DNA from: an uncultured virus (IMG/VR IMGVR_UViG_3300014836_000525)
Taxonomy: Duplodnaviria; Heunggongvirae; Uroviricota; Caudoviricetes; Crassvirales
IMG/VR virus record: IMGVR_UViG_3300014836_000525
Reading direction: 5' to 3' (one strand)
DNA length: 64,000 nt
Part shown: one piece after another, positions 27,201 through 34,958 of the stretch
How positions within the stretch are numbered: position 1 is the stretch's first letter
Layout: each line of letters begins with the position of its first letter
Translations under genes and position numbers: made by a program
The notes under the pieces: model-generated
What the model was told of the DNA's origin: nothing
Databases searched by the model: none
The model's input: the letters and a program-made list of their open reading frames with translations, nothing else

Positions 27201-28648
27201 TTTGGTTCAGGATTTTCAACTCTACTAAGTAACTCTTTTACTTTACCAGTTAAAGCTTTTGATGGAGAACTTTCTAAACTGCTCTTACCATATATCTTCT
27301 CTACAGCTGTATCATTAATTGAAAGTTCATTCTCAATTGCTGCTGCCTCTTCCTCAGATAATTCTTCAGCACTAAGGTCTTCTCTTATAAGTTTATAATT
27401 TTTATTAGAGGTACCTTTAAGTGTATAACCAGAATCTTGTAAAGAAGTAATTACATAATCTCTCCAACCTACTTTTAATACGTTCTCAGTTGTAGGATCT
27501 ATTTCTGTATACCAGTCGTTGTAAATACTTTTAAAAGCACTTCTAATAGACAACTGATTTCCCAGTGCCATAACAGCATTATACTTTTGCAATCCTTGTT
27601 GTAAAGCTTCTTTTGTCTTTTGCTTTTCTTCAGGAGTAGTAGCAGCATAGAAAGCATTCTCAAGTCCTAGTAATTCAATACTTTGTGCTACATCTAAGTT
27701 AGTATCTTTATCTAAAGCTGGATCCCCTGTAAGTTCTTTCTTTACTTTGTACAGTCTTTTTATAAAAGAGTTAGCAACAGAACCTTTATTAGTAGCACTA
27801 TCTCCTACAATCCTATCTATCTCAGCTTGCTTTCCAAAATCATTAGCAGCTTTTAAAATGTCAGTCTTAAGAGTTGCTACAGTATCTGCAAACATCTGAT
27901 CTCCCCAACCTTCCTTCTGCATAAAGGCTGTATTGTACCCTTTAAATTTCTCAGAGTTTCTAAAGATATTTCTAGAACCGAAAGACTTGCTCATCTTATT
28001 GCTGTCAATCAACGAGTAAGCCTGCTTTAGACTAAGACTATCTGAGAATAAAGCTTTAATCCAATTCCATAGATTCTTAAACCACGACTTAGTTTTACCT
28101 GTAAGTGTTTCTCCAGAAGCTTGCTCAGTAAGAACATACTCTCTAAATTCTTCGGCCATCTTCTCCTCTAATGCTAGAAGTCGTGCTTCAGACTTACTTA
28201 TAGGAAATTGATTAGCTAGTTTATTTACCTCTGCTTCTGTAGGTTCTCCAAACTTAGTAGCGGCCTCTGAGTACAATTCAGTTCTTTGAGCTTCACTAAG
28301 CATTGTTCTAAATACAATGTGATATGCTTCGTGATACTCAGTGCCAATCTCTGCAGCTCTCCATAAATACATAGAAGAATTTTCTACATATCCATGAACA
28401 GTACTGTTTCCAACCTCTCTAACTGTGTCATAAAACTCAACAGCCATTTCAGGAAATCTATCCTCAAGCCATTTCTTAGCTCGTTGTTCGTTAACTGTTC
28501 CTGATCCAGATTCTCCAAGTTTTACTTTATAGAACTGTTGTGGAACCTCACCTTTGTAGGCATCCCACAAGTAGTGAGCAATTGAATCACCTTGGACAGA
28601 AGCCAAGTCTTTGTACTCCTTAGAGCTAACATTAGGACAAAATTTCAT
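21272..28648 (-). CDS. virion-packaged single-chain RNA polymerase (crAss-like, phi14:2 gp66 type) with an N-terminal zincin-like domain
   Basis: GYRTP…GSDFDVDKL catalytic DxDxD motif at 23636-23650; TDAQAF; HEAYH…EEKMAEEF near the N-terminus; 2458 aa. Confidence 0.9.
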   Translation of the reverse strand: MKFCPNVSSKEYKDLASVQGDSIAHYLWDAYKGEVPQQFYKVKLGESGSGTVNEQRAKKWLEDRFPEMAVEFYDTVREVGNSTVHGYVENSSMYLWRAAEIGTEYHEAYHIVFRTMLSEAQRTELYSEAATKFGEPTEAEVNKLANQFPISKSEARLLALEEKMAEEFREYVLTEQASGETLTGKTKSWFKNLWNWIKALFSDSLSLKQAYSLIDSNKMSKSFGSRNIFRNSEKFKGYNTAFMQKEGWGDQMFADTVATLKTDILKAANDFGKQAEIDRIVGDSATNKGSVANSFIKRLYKVKKELTGDPALDKDTNLDVAQSIELLGLENAFYAATTPEEKQKTKEALQQGLQKYNAVMALGNQLSIRSAFKSIYNDWYTEIDPTTENVLKVGWRDYVITSLQDSGYTLKGTSNKNYKLIREDLSAEELSEEEAAAIENELSINDTAVEKIYGKSSLESSPSKALTGKVKELLSRVENPEPNLLGFTTFYNREDIYMQLLQIFNNKHSYSEMEAALKNAIPFKPYLKPVLEFMQKLKAPEKAMLFNAFALTTTEFLIMKKRITPNKDIVVDIFNPNRKSASEKLVDRWKKNTVTKGDANPKALYNEVDITTADNVTVTRLVVKEDKVLEVQRLVKDLESRLLNVRDIRRIPTVKREDGSTSDIAKLLGELAFALNLTVDTSASVESTQQAMQALLNAGFNTITEKGAAITYSDVALAQKIAKDLRFFALKLANFKSTGDLKTNDYSSVGEIVDYNITSDFVTDSKRDIYRFSEYYTPMINIVGESFVASDGTQRFATNVQSHMNEIVTILKNKGLTKEADKTYEMYLEDPFIGALGNKDYQSILFRFLQEDPNFRDKFTVEDFDAYRESDFFDDISNYEDLTMLDSLVVRLNGFINGGKATDTVRIAVSVQSDRNKYSFLILPRLTSKLSGEVLSKEKIIKGQIVQDLLRVAKAKKDIAKAEETNDRTDIIVGYHEQGGIFKDANNTYLGKAFNPAFFQFTAKDDNGVQIVTDEVIGDDKLQDNGTKQLSDLIEKYVTGKLGKEETALVTERLNTMAAKLLTYFSAQADKVEKLVQLQDNRIGFNTKDKAEKRKVIEGFVFTEAIMRNEMVKVFRGNRAMSKDLVDFYKRMGHLTSPGAKYAMKGEVGAPNWRKSLEYGMLPEYNEVTVADLKLNINKAQTDRVNAAAKAVGDSLRKVANKETDPIARANNLKLADSIEQAYQAGSFDSTDAQAFISIEMYRGLMEGEGKWGEEEEKAYKAYKAAPAGQKIFAYQEGFVPTGFNAGDRVPVYPIKTYYERITSIGGTVAPISEKNSYSVSLEEFTKDYPVLDDMRNRMEGTGVYKNLTPIHVVNFVSGKKLAKRSIYKITGVPGEFSNAVFTTNDSRGLRKSQTIPEVKENPTITVSKQIKKNMVANVKDTTTYSYNSGLSEETDVSGKDLKEIFHVTLEEKIRRDIKAVETKLKIPQLLAAEKSGVTKDIVQARLDVLKTVRDLVQTDMIGSDMHSNYINALHIVFDESGMPRFNIPLDLPVYGAKYESIIMSILQKEVFVQKMSGLEAVQVADLGGHAIDNELKFLRIEEDGKGRSKIVHAEIMIREDVARRFGVEPGQPLDSIPEELLRAVGYRTPNGEKSAVLMAKIVRFLPMNYPKAVVVPGQLLKMMGSDFDVDKLNLLFPEVEPTTPTAEYPFSIRKVRPDYSKLIGNKNKAAALTDKTVFTKKALNNIVWDTFEAVGTNAAHFFETFSPLDDVTLKQEVQYVRSQKPELAMTQDWNDVLTESEIMLRNQAGNQLRGIYANGIAHRNVLHHGEIILSNSFAPAIMNPGQAPTVYNKFLTTTADGIFTDKTLATLLGESLDAAKGAVQYELNDNVITAPVRILFANFIPEYNGRTATNLFNQPIVRYFTEVMANEYGNDGRFIQDAFDKSLQWARVQANKASKDSPSTALTLIDSKTVRGLDTKYNLSLKGDTVIPMLSTELENIKSEGRNWHEQMIMLANFKAFYTAGKSLSKLGKRVTPDNIASVGKIGNILEFKDSSNAFESGQEEDENAKRNVFLTPNGYENVADQFIGKNSVYGFERGYESILGAALDVASVMFPLKLSPAYLTFKANVKELSGQVSLTSQTHQLIDSNLTLMLLMEPDSPLYKFFTADNVNRAFINPETNIATRLELFKKLYPKLETNKFIAALEADITGTSYSGIKFDNSFKYTKNDKEAFTTALRTLMFNPQVYIDRPDADKTIGPDGKFLIPEVSTMVMGMKELAMDLVMNTILTSGFRPGASSYAELIPQEFWTMPLRHKVINSETLKEEVVSTSISNFLYAKRSELLSPAYFDSEKVTMYMQLFGLAKAGGRPLLKRISNKNVTATSKAVLLKSDNKFVAIKGDENKLYVGMATNQKVETDKGLMTRFMILPSFFAERTVYSIPSRTVEDTLILDVASMSLIDDYTEVKPYTDNTINTCI

Positions 28649-28660
28649 CGTAGTTTATTA

Positions 28661-31600
28661 TTATTTAGGTCCACACTGTCTTCTTATTTCTTCTCCAAGA
28701 TCGGCTGCAATGTTAGGGTCCATTGAGTCAATGTCCATACCAGAGTAACCTTCTAAGTCAGCAAGTGTGGTACCGGCTGGTACAGCAAATCTAGCAAATT
28801 TATCGAGTGGATCAGTACTTACAGCAGCAGGATTTGCTACTTTTTCTACAACATTACTTGTAGTAACAGAAGTTTGTATAGTTTCAATTTCTTCTCCAAA
28901 TAAATCTGATAAATCCTGAGCATTATCAGTAGGAACAGATGCAGTATTTGCAACTACTGTAATTGTAGTTGGAGTAGCTACTGTAGGTTGAGAGACTTGA
29001 GTAGCTGGCAGAGTAGCAGGTTTACCTTTTAAAGCAGCTAGTTCTTCAGCATATTTAAAAGTGCTTGTGATATTACCATTTCTTATTTTTTGTCTTTGAA
29101 ATTGTTCAAATAATTCTTGATCATTTAAATCAAAACGTCCTCCAGCTCCTATTTTAAAATCCCATAAACCTTTTGAATTTCTTCTTGCTCTACCAACATA
29201 TGTACCGTCAGATATTATTATTTCATCTTTATTCTCTATATCATCTAATTGGATAGGCTCTCCTTTTCCTATAGTTAGAGTTGTATTTAGATCTATTTCT
29301 CCATTTTCATTAGTTCCATATATTACTGTTCTAGTAAGTTGTTTTAAATCTTCTTGTCTTCTACTTTCTATGTCAGCTTTAGCATCTGTAGTAGCAGCTG
29401 CTGCAGGAACAGTTACCGGCTGAATAGCATTAACTAATGCCGTAGCTTCCAAATCCTCTTCAGTTGTAACTGGCTTCTCTACAGTAGAGATATTATCAAA
29501 ACTTAATCCTACATTATGAAATACTGAACCATTACTTATTAGTGTAGAATCTGTAGCTAGGATTGCATTAGATCCTGTGCCAAAGTCTCTCGGAGTTAGA
29601 ACTTCTCTTTCAGAAGATAGATAGTCTAAGTATGATGCATACTCCAATCCAGTTAATGGAGAAGTAAATGGATTGTTAGCAGATAATCTATCAAAGTTAA
29701 CTTCAAACTTTTTAGTTTTTAAAGCTGCTTTAAATTCATCTCCAATTACTTTCTCTACTGCTGCATAGTTAGTATCTTCTTTTCTAACATTCTTGAAGAC
29801 AACACTACCATCCTCAATAGTAGATTCTACAAATGAGAACTTAGGTGTTTGTCCACTTAATGCTTTACTTAATTCTGCACTTGAGATTTTAATAAGAGAG
29901 TTAGCTTCGTTACTCCAGAATGTGTACAGTACATCTAAGTTTTCAGTTATACTAGTCATCATGAATGTACGACTATTCTCTGGGTGAACTGCTACTTTAC
30001 CCTCTTCCTCAGTACTGATAATATTAGAATCAAGAGATGCAGTAGGTACTCTTACGATATTAAAACCTACAATATCTTCTACACTACTAATATTCTCTGG
30101 GTTATTAGCTGTAATTAATTCCACTACTTTATTAACAGCTTCATCAGTCATGTCTCTAGTAGATAGATGGATGACTTTATGAGCTCCAGTAGGATCTAAT
30201 ACTACAGCTGCTATTTGACCAGGAGTTTGTCTAGTGATATCAATAGGATTACTAGTTGCTATATTCTCCTCGTCCTCTGCACTTAACTCTTTACCAGGAA
30301 GTCCTACAGATTTCCACCTTACCCCAGAATCTTCTTTTTTATCAAGTCCAATAAATGCTAATCCAACAGTAAAGCTATTCTTATCTCCAATAATAGTAGA
30401 TACAGGAGAGAAAAATATTTCTCCATCTTTAGTTCTAAGATTAGCAATATTACTTGAAGTAATATTTTTCTCTTTAATAGTACTCATTGGAGTAAGTCCT
30501 TGTAGATATAGTTTATATATCTCCTCTCTAGCACTTCCTTTTCTTTGAGCTCTAGTAGCATTATAACTCTGCAACAAACCTACTTTATTTCTCTCACCAC
30601 TAGGACTAACAGATATCACAAAGATTGGAACATCTTTCCAATGCTCATCTTCTGGAATAGTATTCTTATTTACATTCCAGTAATCAGTTTCTGTATCTAC
30701 TTCAAATATGACAGTAGAGCCATATTCTAAGAAGTATGGATCAGATACAAGTGCAGAATCAATACGAATTGCTTCTCCATTTTTAGTAGGAATATGAGAA
30801 TTAGGTCTAATGGTACCATCAGGATTAACTAGTACTTTATTAGCACCATCTTCTTTAATCATTTCAGAACTTAATGGAACTAACTGCACATCTAAAGTTC
30901 CTGTAAAGTTTACAACTACTGGAGCATCTAGATCAACTAGTGGTCCTACTACCTCTTCACCTTCAGGTGCTGTAACAGGTAAAGTAGACACAGCTGAATT
31001 AGCTGCTTCTGCTTTCTTTTTCCTAAGTTCTTGAACTTCCTCTTGATTTATTCCGTTGGCTATCGGGCCTTCGATTCCTGTTGAAGGATTGATATCTGCT
31101 CCTGGAGTGTCTTGTTCTTCAACCGTGCCCTCAACTCCTTCGGTATTGCTACCTTCTTGATTGCGTCCTTCAGACTCAATGTCTTCATTGATTTTATTTA
31201 TTAAGTTTTTACGTTTGGTTATCTTAGCTTTTATAGTTCCAATCTTTTTATTCAAAGCTTTAAGAACTAAGTCTGCCTCTTCTTGAGTTGGAGCCTCTCC
31301 GTACTTACCATCAATTCTCTCTTGGTAGAAGCTTTTCTCTTTTTCAAGTTTAGCAATATCTGCATCAAGATTCTCAATCTCTTTATTAAGAGTATTAATA
31401 GTATGCTGAGCTTCAGTAAAAGTTGGAACTTGCTCGATCTGCTCTAGATCTTTAGTAATAGGAGTTAATCCTCTTATTATTTTTAACCCTGCTTTTCTAG
31501 CAGCAAGTATTTTAATCTTAGAATTAAGAGCTTTAGTGTATCTAGTTCTAATCTTCTTAAGATCTTTGATTAATGGGTCAGCATCAAATTCTTTTCTAGA

Positions 31601-34600
31601 AAACCCAGCTTCTTTAGCTAGCTGCCATTCTAGTTCTAATATGTTACTAACCTCTGCAATTTCAGCTTTTAAAATTTCAATCTGAGTTCTAATTTGAGAA
31701 TCAGATAGTTTGATAGTTTGCTTTGGAGAAAACATAGCCCTATCTTCTTCAGATTCTGGTACGTTATTCTCATCAACTACTACAGCATCTTCTATCTTTA
31801 GAATTTGCACACTGTCTTGAATTGCAGCTTCTGCCTTTATAGCATTCTCTTCTTTAACTTCCTCAACACTTACTGTTCTATCGTATCTGATAGCATTATC
31901 TTTGAGGAGTATAAGGTAAGACAGACTTTCTACAATAGCATTTTCCTTCTCAGCTTCTGGAGTAAAGTTCGGGTCATTTGGATCCGTCTTTTTAAATGTA
32001 ACAATATTACCAGTAGCTGTATCGAGTAAGCTAATGCCGATTATGTTTCCCTCTTGATCCAATACAATTGCATCTAGTGGATTATCCTGCATAAAGAAAT
32101 ACTCTCGGCCGTTAATTTCCAAGTAATTCTCATCAGCAGAAAGCATAACCTCTCCAAAAGTTCTAGCTTCAATATCTGTAAGTTCAGATATAAAGTTAGT
32201 TTCTCCTGGTTTATTTCTATTTTCTTCTTGTTCTTCTTCAGAGATAGTAATTTGCTTACTAAGAGCTTTCTCAGCTTTAGCATCTTCTCTTTTATACAAA
32301 GATCGTCTGTAAGCATTTTGAAGATTTGGAGGTAATCCTTCTTCATCAATTGCTTCAAACTCAGTATCATCCATTAAGTCAAATGCTTCTACTTGCTTAT
32401 CCTCTTCTTCTAAAAGCTTTTCTCTTTTAGCTCTAGCCTCTGCTTTTAATTCACTACTAGCCCCTTCTGGGAAGTTAGTATTCATTTCTTCAACAGACTC
32501 AGCATTATCTATAATAGACCTAGCTTCAGCATCTCTTGCAAGTTGATCCTCTTCTTTAATTCTATTAGTCTCGTTCTCAATAAAAGCTTCTAAAGCTTGT
32601 GTAGATGATGTTAGAATACCCACATTAGTATTCAATGCAGCTCTAGCTCCTACTAAACTCTTTAAGTTTTTAAAAGTAGCTTGAAAAGCATCCCTATCTA
32701 TTGGGTTTAATGTAGCAATAGCATTTGATAACTCTTGAATTTCTTTCTCTAATTTCTTATCAGCTACTTCAACGTCATTAGCATATTTAATCTTAAGTTT
32801 ACCAGTGTCGTCAATTGATAGTTCTCCAGTCTTTATCTTGAATAGCATGTCTGGAGTAACAAGTCCGGTAACTCTTTCTAGGTTAGGAATACCTTCACCT
32901 AGTTTTTGTAGGTCCTTATAAGCTTCTCCAATAGATGCATCTAAACTATCGATATCTGATAAGTGATGTAATACTACATTGGCACCAAATCGTCTAAGCT
33001 GAGCAGCCATAGATTTTTTAGTATTAGCATCTACATCAGTACCTAGGCCAAACATCTTATCTACAAGGTTTGTAGTAGGCTCATATCTTTGTAAGATAGC
33101 TCTTACTTGATCCTGACGTTTAATAGATAGTTTAGCCTTAGACTTAACATCCTCGATAAGTTCAGACTGAGTTTTACCAGTTTGTTCTTGAAGACTAACC
33201 TCTTTTTTATATCCAAATCTTTCAATAAACTCTGCTTCTGGCATTGCCTGTAAGTCATCTAACTGCTCATTAAAGTAGTCCATAGCTCCCAAGGTATTGT
33301 ACCTGTTAGCCATTGAACTAATAATACGAGCTCTATACTTTTCTGCAGCTGCATAATCTCCTCGATTATTTGCATTAATCATCTTAGCTTGGTAAGATAG
33401 ATTTAGCTCAGTCTGCTCCATATTCTCAAGAGCTTTCTGGATTCCACCACTATTTATAAGCTCCATAGCTTTTGTAGTGTTAGATTCTTTTCCAGCTGCT
33501 ATCTTTTTCTGAGCTCCTGCAAGTCTAGACATAGCTGTAGAACCACCTCCGACAATTGCTCCAATAACTATACTTTCTAAACCTTCTTTAGTTCCAAAAG
33601 TTTTAGACAATCCTTTGTTAATAGATTCAATCATTCCATCAGTTGTCCCTACGTAGTTTCTAGCAAACTCAGAGCCGGCAAACTGTGCAGCTTCTTGGAA
33701 AGATTCTGATAAAGAATTTCCAACTATTGGTTTAAGAAGTCTAGCAGATTTAGCAAAACTTTTTGCAATTTTTCCTTCAGGAACAGATTGAAGCCATTTA
33801 GCTTCTCCTTCAACAGCAGCTTGTTTAGTTAATTTAAACATGCTTTTTTCTGTTGCCTTCTCAATTCCCAGCATAGTCTTACCAAACATTAGTAAGTTGG
33901 TAGTAGCTAATATTGGAAGGTTAATAGCAAAGTCAATGTTACCTGCACTGTAAGCATCAGCTGTAATTTGATCCATAACTTCAGAAGGCATTTCCTTACC
34001 GTAGTTTTCAGCTTTACTTTCCCACTCAGATTTCTTTTCCTCTATATATCTCTTCTTTGTTTCTCGAGCTTCCACAGAGGCTTCTGCTAAAGACATTTGA
34101 GTACCAAGCATAGCATGCCTTCCAGCAGTAAAAGACTTGGCAACTCTAGCTTGACTGTTAAGAGTCTTAGCTAGTTTAGCCATATCTTCTCCGGCATCAA
34201 TACCTTTAACGGTACGATACAGCATGTTTTTAGTAGCATTTGCTCCTTCGACAGCAGTTAATAAACCGGCACCTTTACCTCCCATAGTACCAAGCTTAGT
34301 AATTAAAGCTGCTTCCCCAGTACCAATAAGCATAGTTGCTATTGATCCTAAAGTGTATCCAGCTCCATTAGCTACTTTATCTGCCCAGAAGTTCATAGTT
34401 CCCATATTAGACAAAATAGAATCTGTCTCTTGTTTATGGGTATAGTAGTTAGGCATTTCTTTTTGTGCCCACTCGTTAAGAGAATCGATACTTCTACCTA
34501 CAGGATTATCATAAAAGCTTCCATTTCCAAAAGCCATATTACCTAACCCTGCAACTAATCCAATAGTATTCTCAGCAAAAGCTCCTCCAGCTGTAATTGT

Positions 34601-34939
34601 AGCTTTAGCTATACCATGAAGAAACTGTTCACCAGCTCCTTGATTCTGAGCTCTAGTTTCATTCCAATCTGTGAATGGATTTAATGGTACTCCATAATCC
34701 ACGTAAGAGGATATAGGATCTGTATAGACATTAGTTAAGTCTATGCTAGCACGTCTATCAGCTAGTGGATCTCTAGTACCTGTTCTATAGTTAGGAGTAG
34801 GTAATTCTTTTGGAGCTATTCCAGATATTAATGACAGGAAATTTTGCTCTCCACTAACAGGAGGTTCTTTAGCTGCATTAATATCTACGTCTGGTAATCC
34901 AGTAAGTTTACTTAAGAAGCTATTTGAAGTATCACTCAT
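28661..34939 (-). CDS. giant virion cargo/ejection protein
   Basis: 2092 aa; Gly/Ala-rich hydrophobic N-terminal segments and coiled coils; upstream of the RNAP gene. Confidence 0.7.
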   Translation of the reverse strand: MSDTSNSFLSKLTGLPDVDINAAKEPPVSGEQNFLSLISGIAPKELPTPNYRTGTRDPLADRRASIDLTNVYTDPISSYVDYGVPLNPFTDWNETRAQNQGAGEQFLHGIAKATITAGGAFAENTIGLVAGLGNMAFGNGSFYDNPVGRSIDSLNEWAQKEMPNYYTHKQETDSILSNMGTMNFWADKVANGAGYTLGSIATMLIGTGEAALITKLGTMGGKGAGLLTAVEGANATKNMLYRTVKGIDAGEDMAKLAKTLNSQARVAKSFTAGRHAMLGTQMSLAEASVEARETKKRYIEEKKSEWESKAENYGKEMPSEVMDQITADAYSAGNIDFAINLPILATTNLLMFGKTMLGIEKATEKSMFKLTKQAAVEGEAKWLQSVPEGKIAKSFAKSARLLKPIVGNSLSESFQEAAQFAGSEFARNYVGTTDGMIESINKGLSKTFGTKEGLESIVIGAIVGGGSTAMSRLAGAQKKIAAGKESNTTKAMELINSGGIQKALENMEQTELNLSYQAKMINANNRGDYAAAEKYRARIISSMANRYNTLGAMDYFNEQLDDLQAMPEAEFIERFGYKKEVSLQEQTGKTQSELIEDVKSKAKLSIKRQDQVRAILQRYEPTTNLVDKMFGLGTDVDANTKKSMAAQLRRFGANVVLHHLSDIDSLDASIGEAYKDLQKLGEGIPNLERVTGLVTPDMLFKIKTGELSIDDTGKLKIKYANDVEVADKKLEKEIQELSNAIATLNPIDRDAFQATFKNLKSLVGARAALNTNVGILTSSTQALEAFIENETNRIKEEDQLARDAEARSIIDNAESVEEMNTNFPEGASSELKAEARAKREKLLEEEDKQVEAFDLMDDTEFEAIDEEGLPPNLQNAYRRSLYKREDAKAEKALSKQITISEEEQEENRNKPGETNFISELTDIEARTFGEVMLSADENYLEINGREYFFMQDNPLDAIVLDQEGNIIGISLLDTATGNIVTFKKTDPNDPNFTPEAEKENAIVESLSYLILLKDNAIRYDRTVSVEEVKEENAIKAEAAIQDSVQILKIEDAVVVDENNVPESEEDRAMFSPKQTIKLSDSQIRTQIEILKAEIAEVSNILELEWQLAKEAGFSRKEFDADPLIKDLKKIRTRYTKALNSKIKILAARKAGLKIIRGLTPITKDLEQIEQVPTFTEAQHTINTLNKEIENLDADIAKLEKEKSFYQERIDGKYGEAPTQEEADLVLKALNKKIGTIKAKITKRKNLINKINEDIESEGRNQEGSNTEGVEGTVEEQDTPGADINPSTGIEGPIANGINQEEVQELRKKKAEAANSAVSTLPVTAPEGEEVVGPLVDLDAPVVVNFTGTLDVQLVPLSSEMIKEDGANKVLVNPDGTIRPNSHIPTKNGEAIRIDSALVSDPYFLEYGSTVIFEVDTETDYWNVNKNTIPEDEHWKDVPIFVISVSPSGERNKVGLLQSYNATRAQRKGSAREEIYKLYLQGLTPMSTIKEKNITSSNIANLRTKDGEIFFSPVSTIIGDKNSFTVGLAFIGLDKKEDSGVRWKSVGLPGKELSAEDEENIATSNPIDITRQTPGQIAAVVLDPTGAHKVIHLSTRDMTDEAVNKVVELITANNPENISSVEDIVGFNIVRVPTASLDSNIISTEEEGKVAVHPENSRTFMMTSITENLDVLYTFWSNEANSLIKISSAELSKALSGQTPKFSFVESTIEDGSVVFKNVRKEDTNYAAVEKVIGDEFKAALKTKKFEVNFDRLSANNPFTSPLTGLEYASYLDYLSSEREVLTPRDFGTGSNAILATDSTLISNGSVFHNVGLSFDNISTVEKPVTTEEDLEATALVNAIQPVTVPAAAATTDAKADIESRRQEDLKQLTRTVIYGTNENGEIDLNTTLTIGKGEPIQLDDIENKDEIIISDGTYVGRARRNSKGLWDFKIGAGGRFDLNDQELFEQFQRQKIRNGNITSTFKYAEELAALKGKPATLPATQVSQPTVATPTTITVVANTASVPTDNAQDLSDLFGEEIETIQTSVTTSNVVEKVANPAAVSTDPLDKFARFAVPAGTTLADLEGYSGMDIDSMDPNIAADLGEEIRRQCGPK

Positions 34940-34958
34940 GTTGTAAAAGTACTAAATA

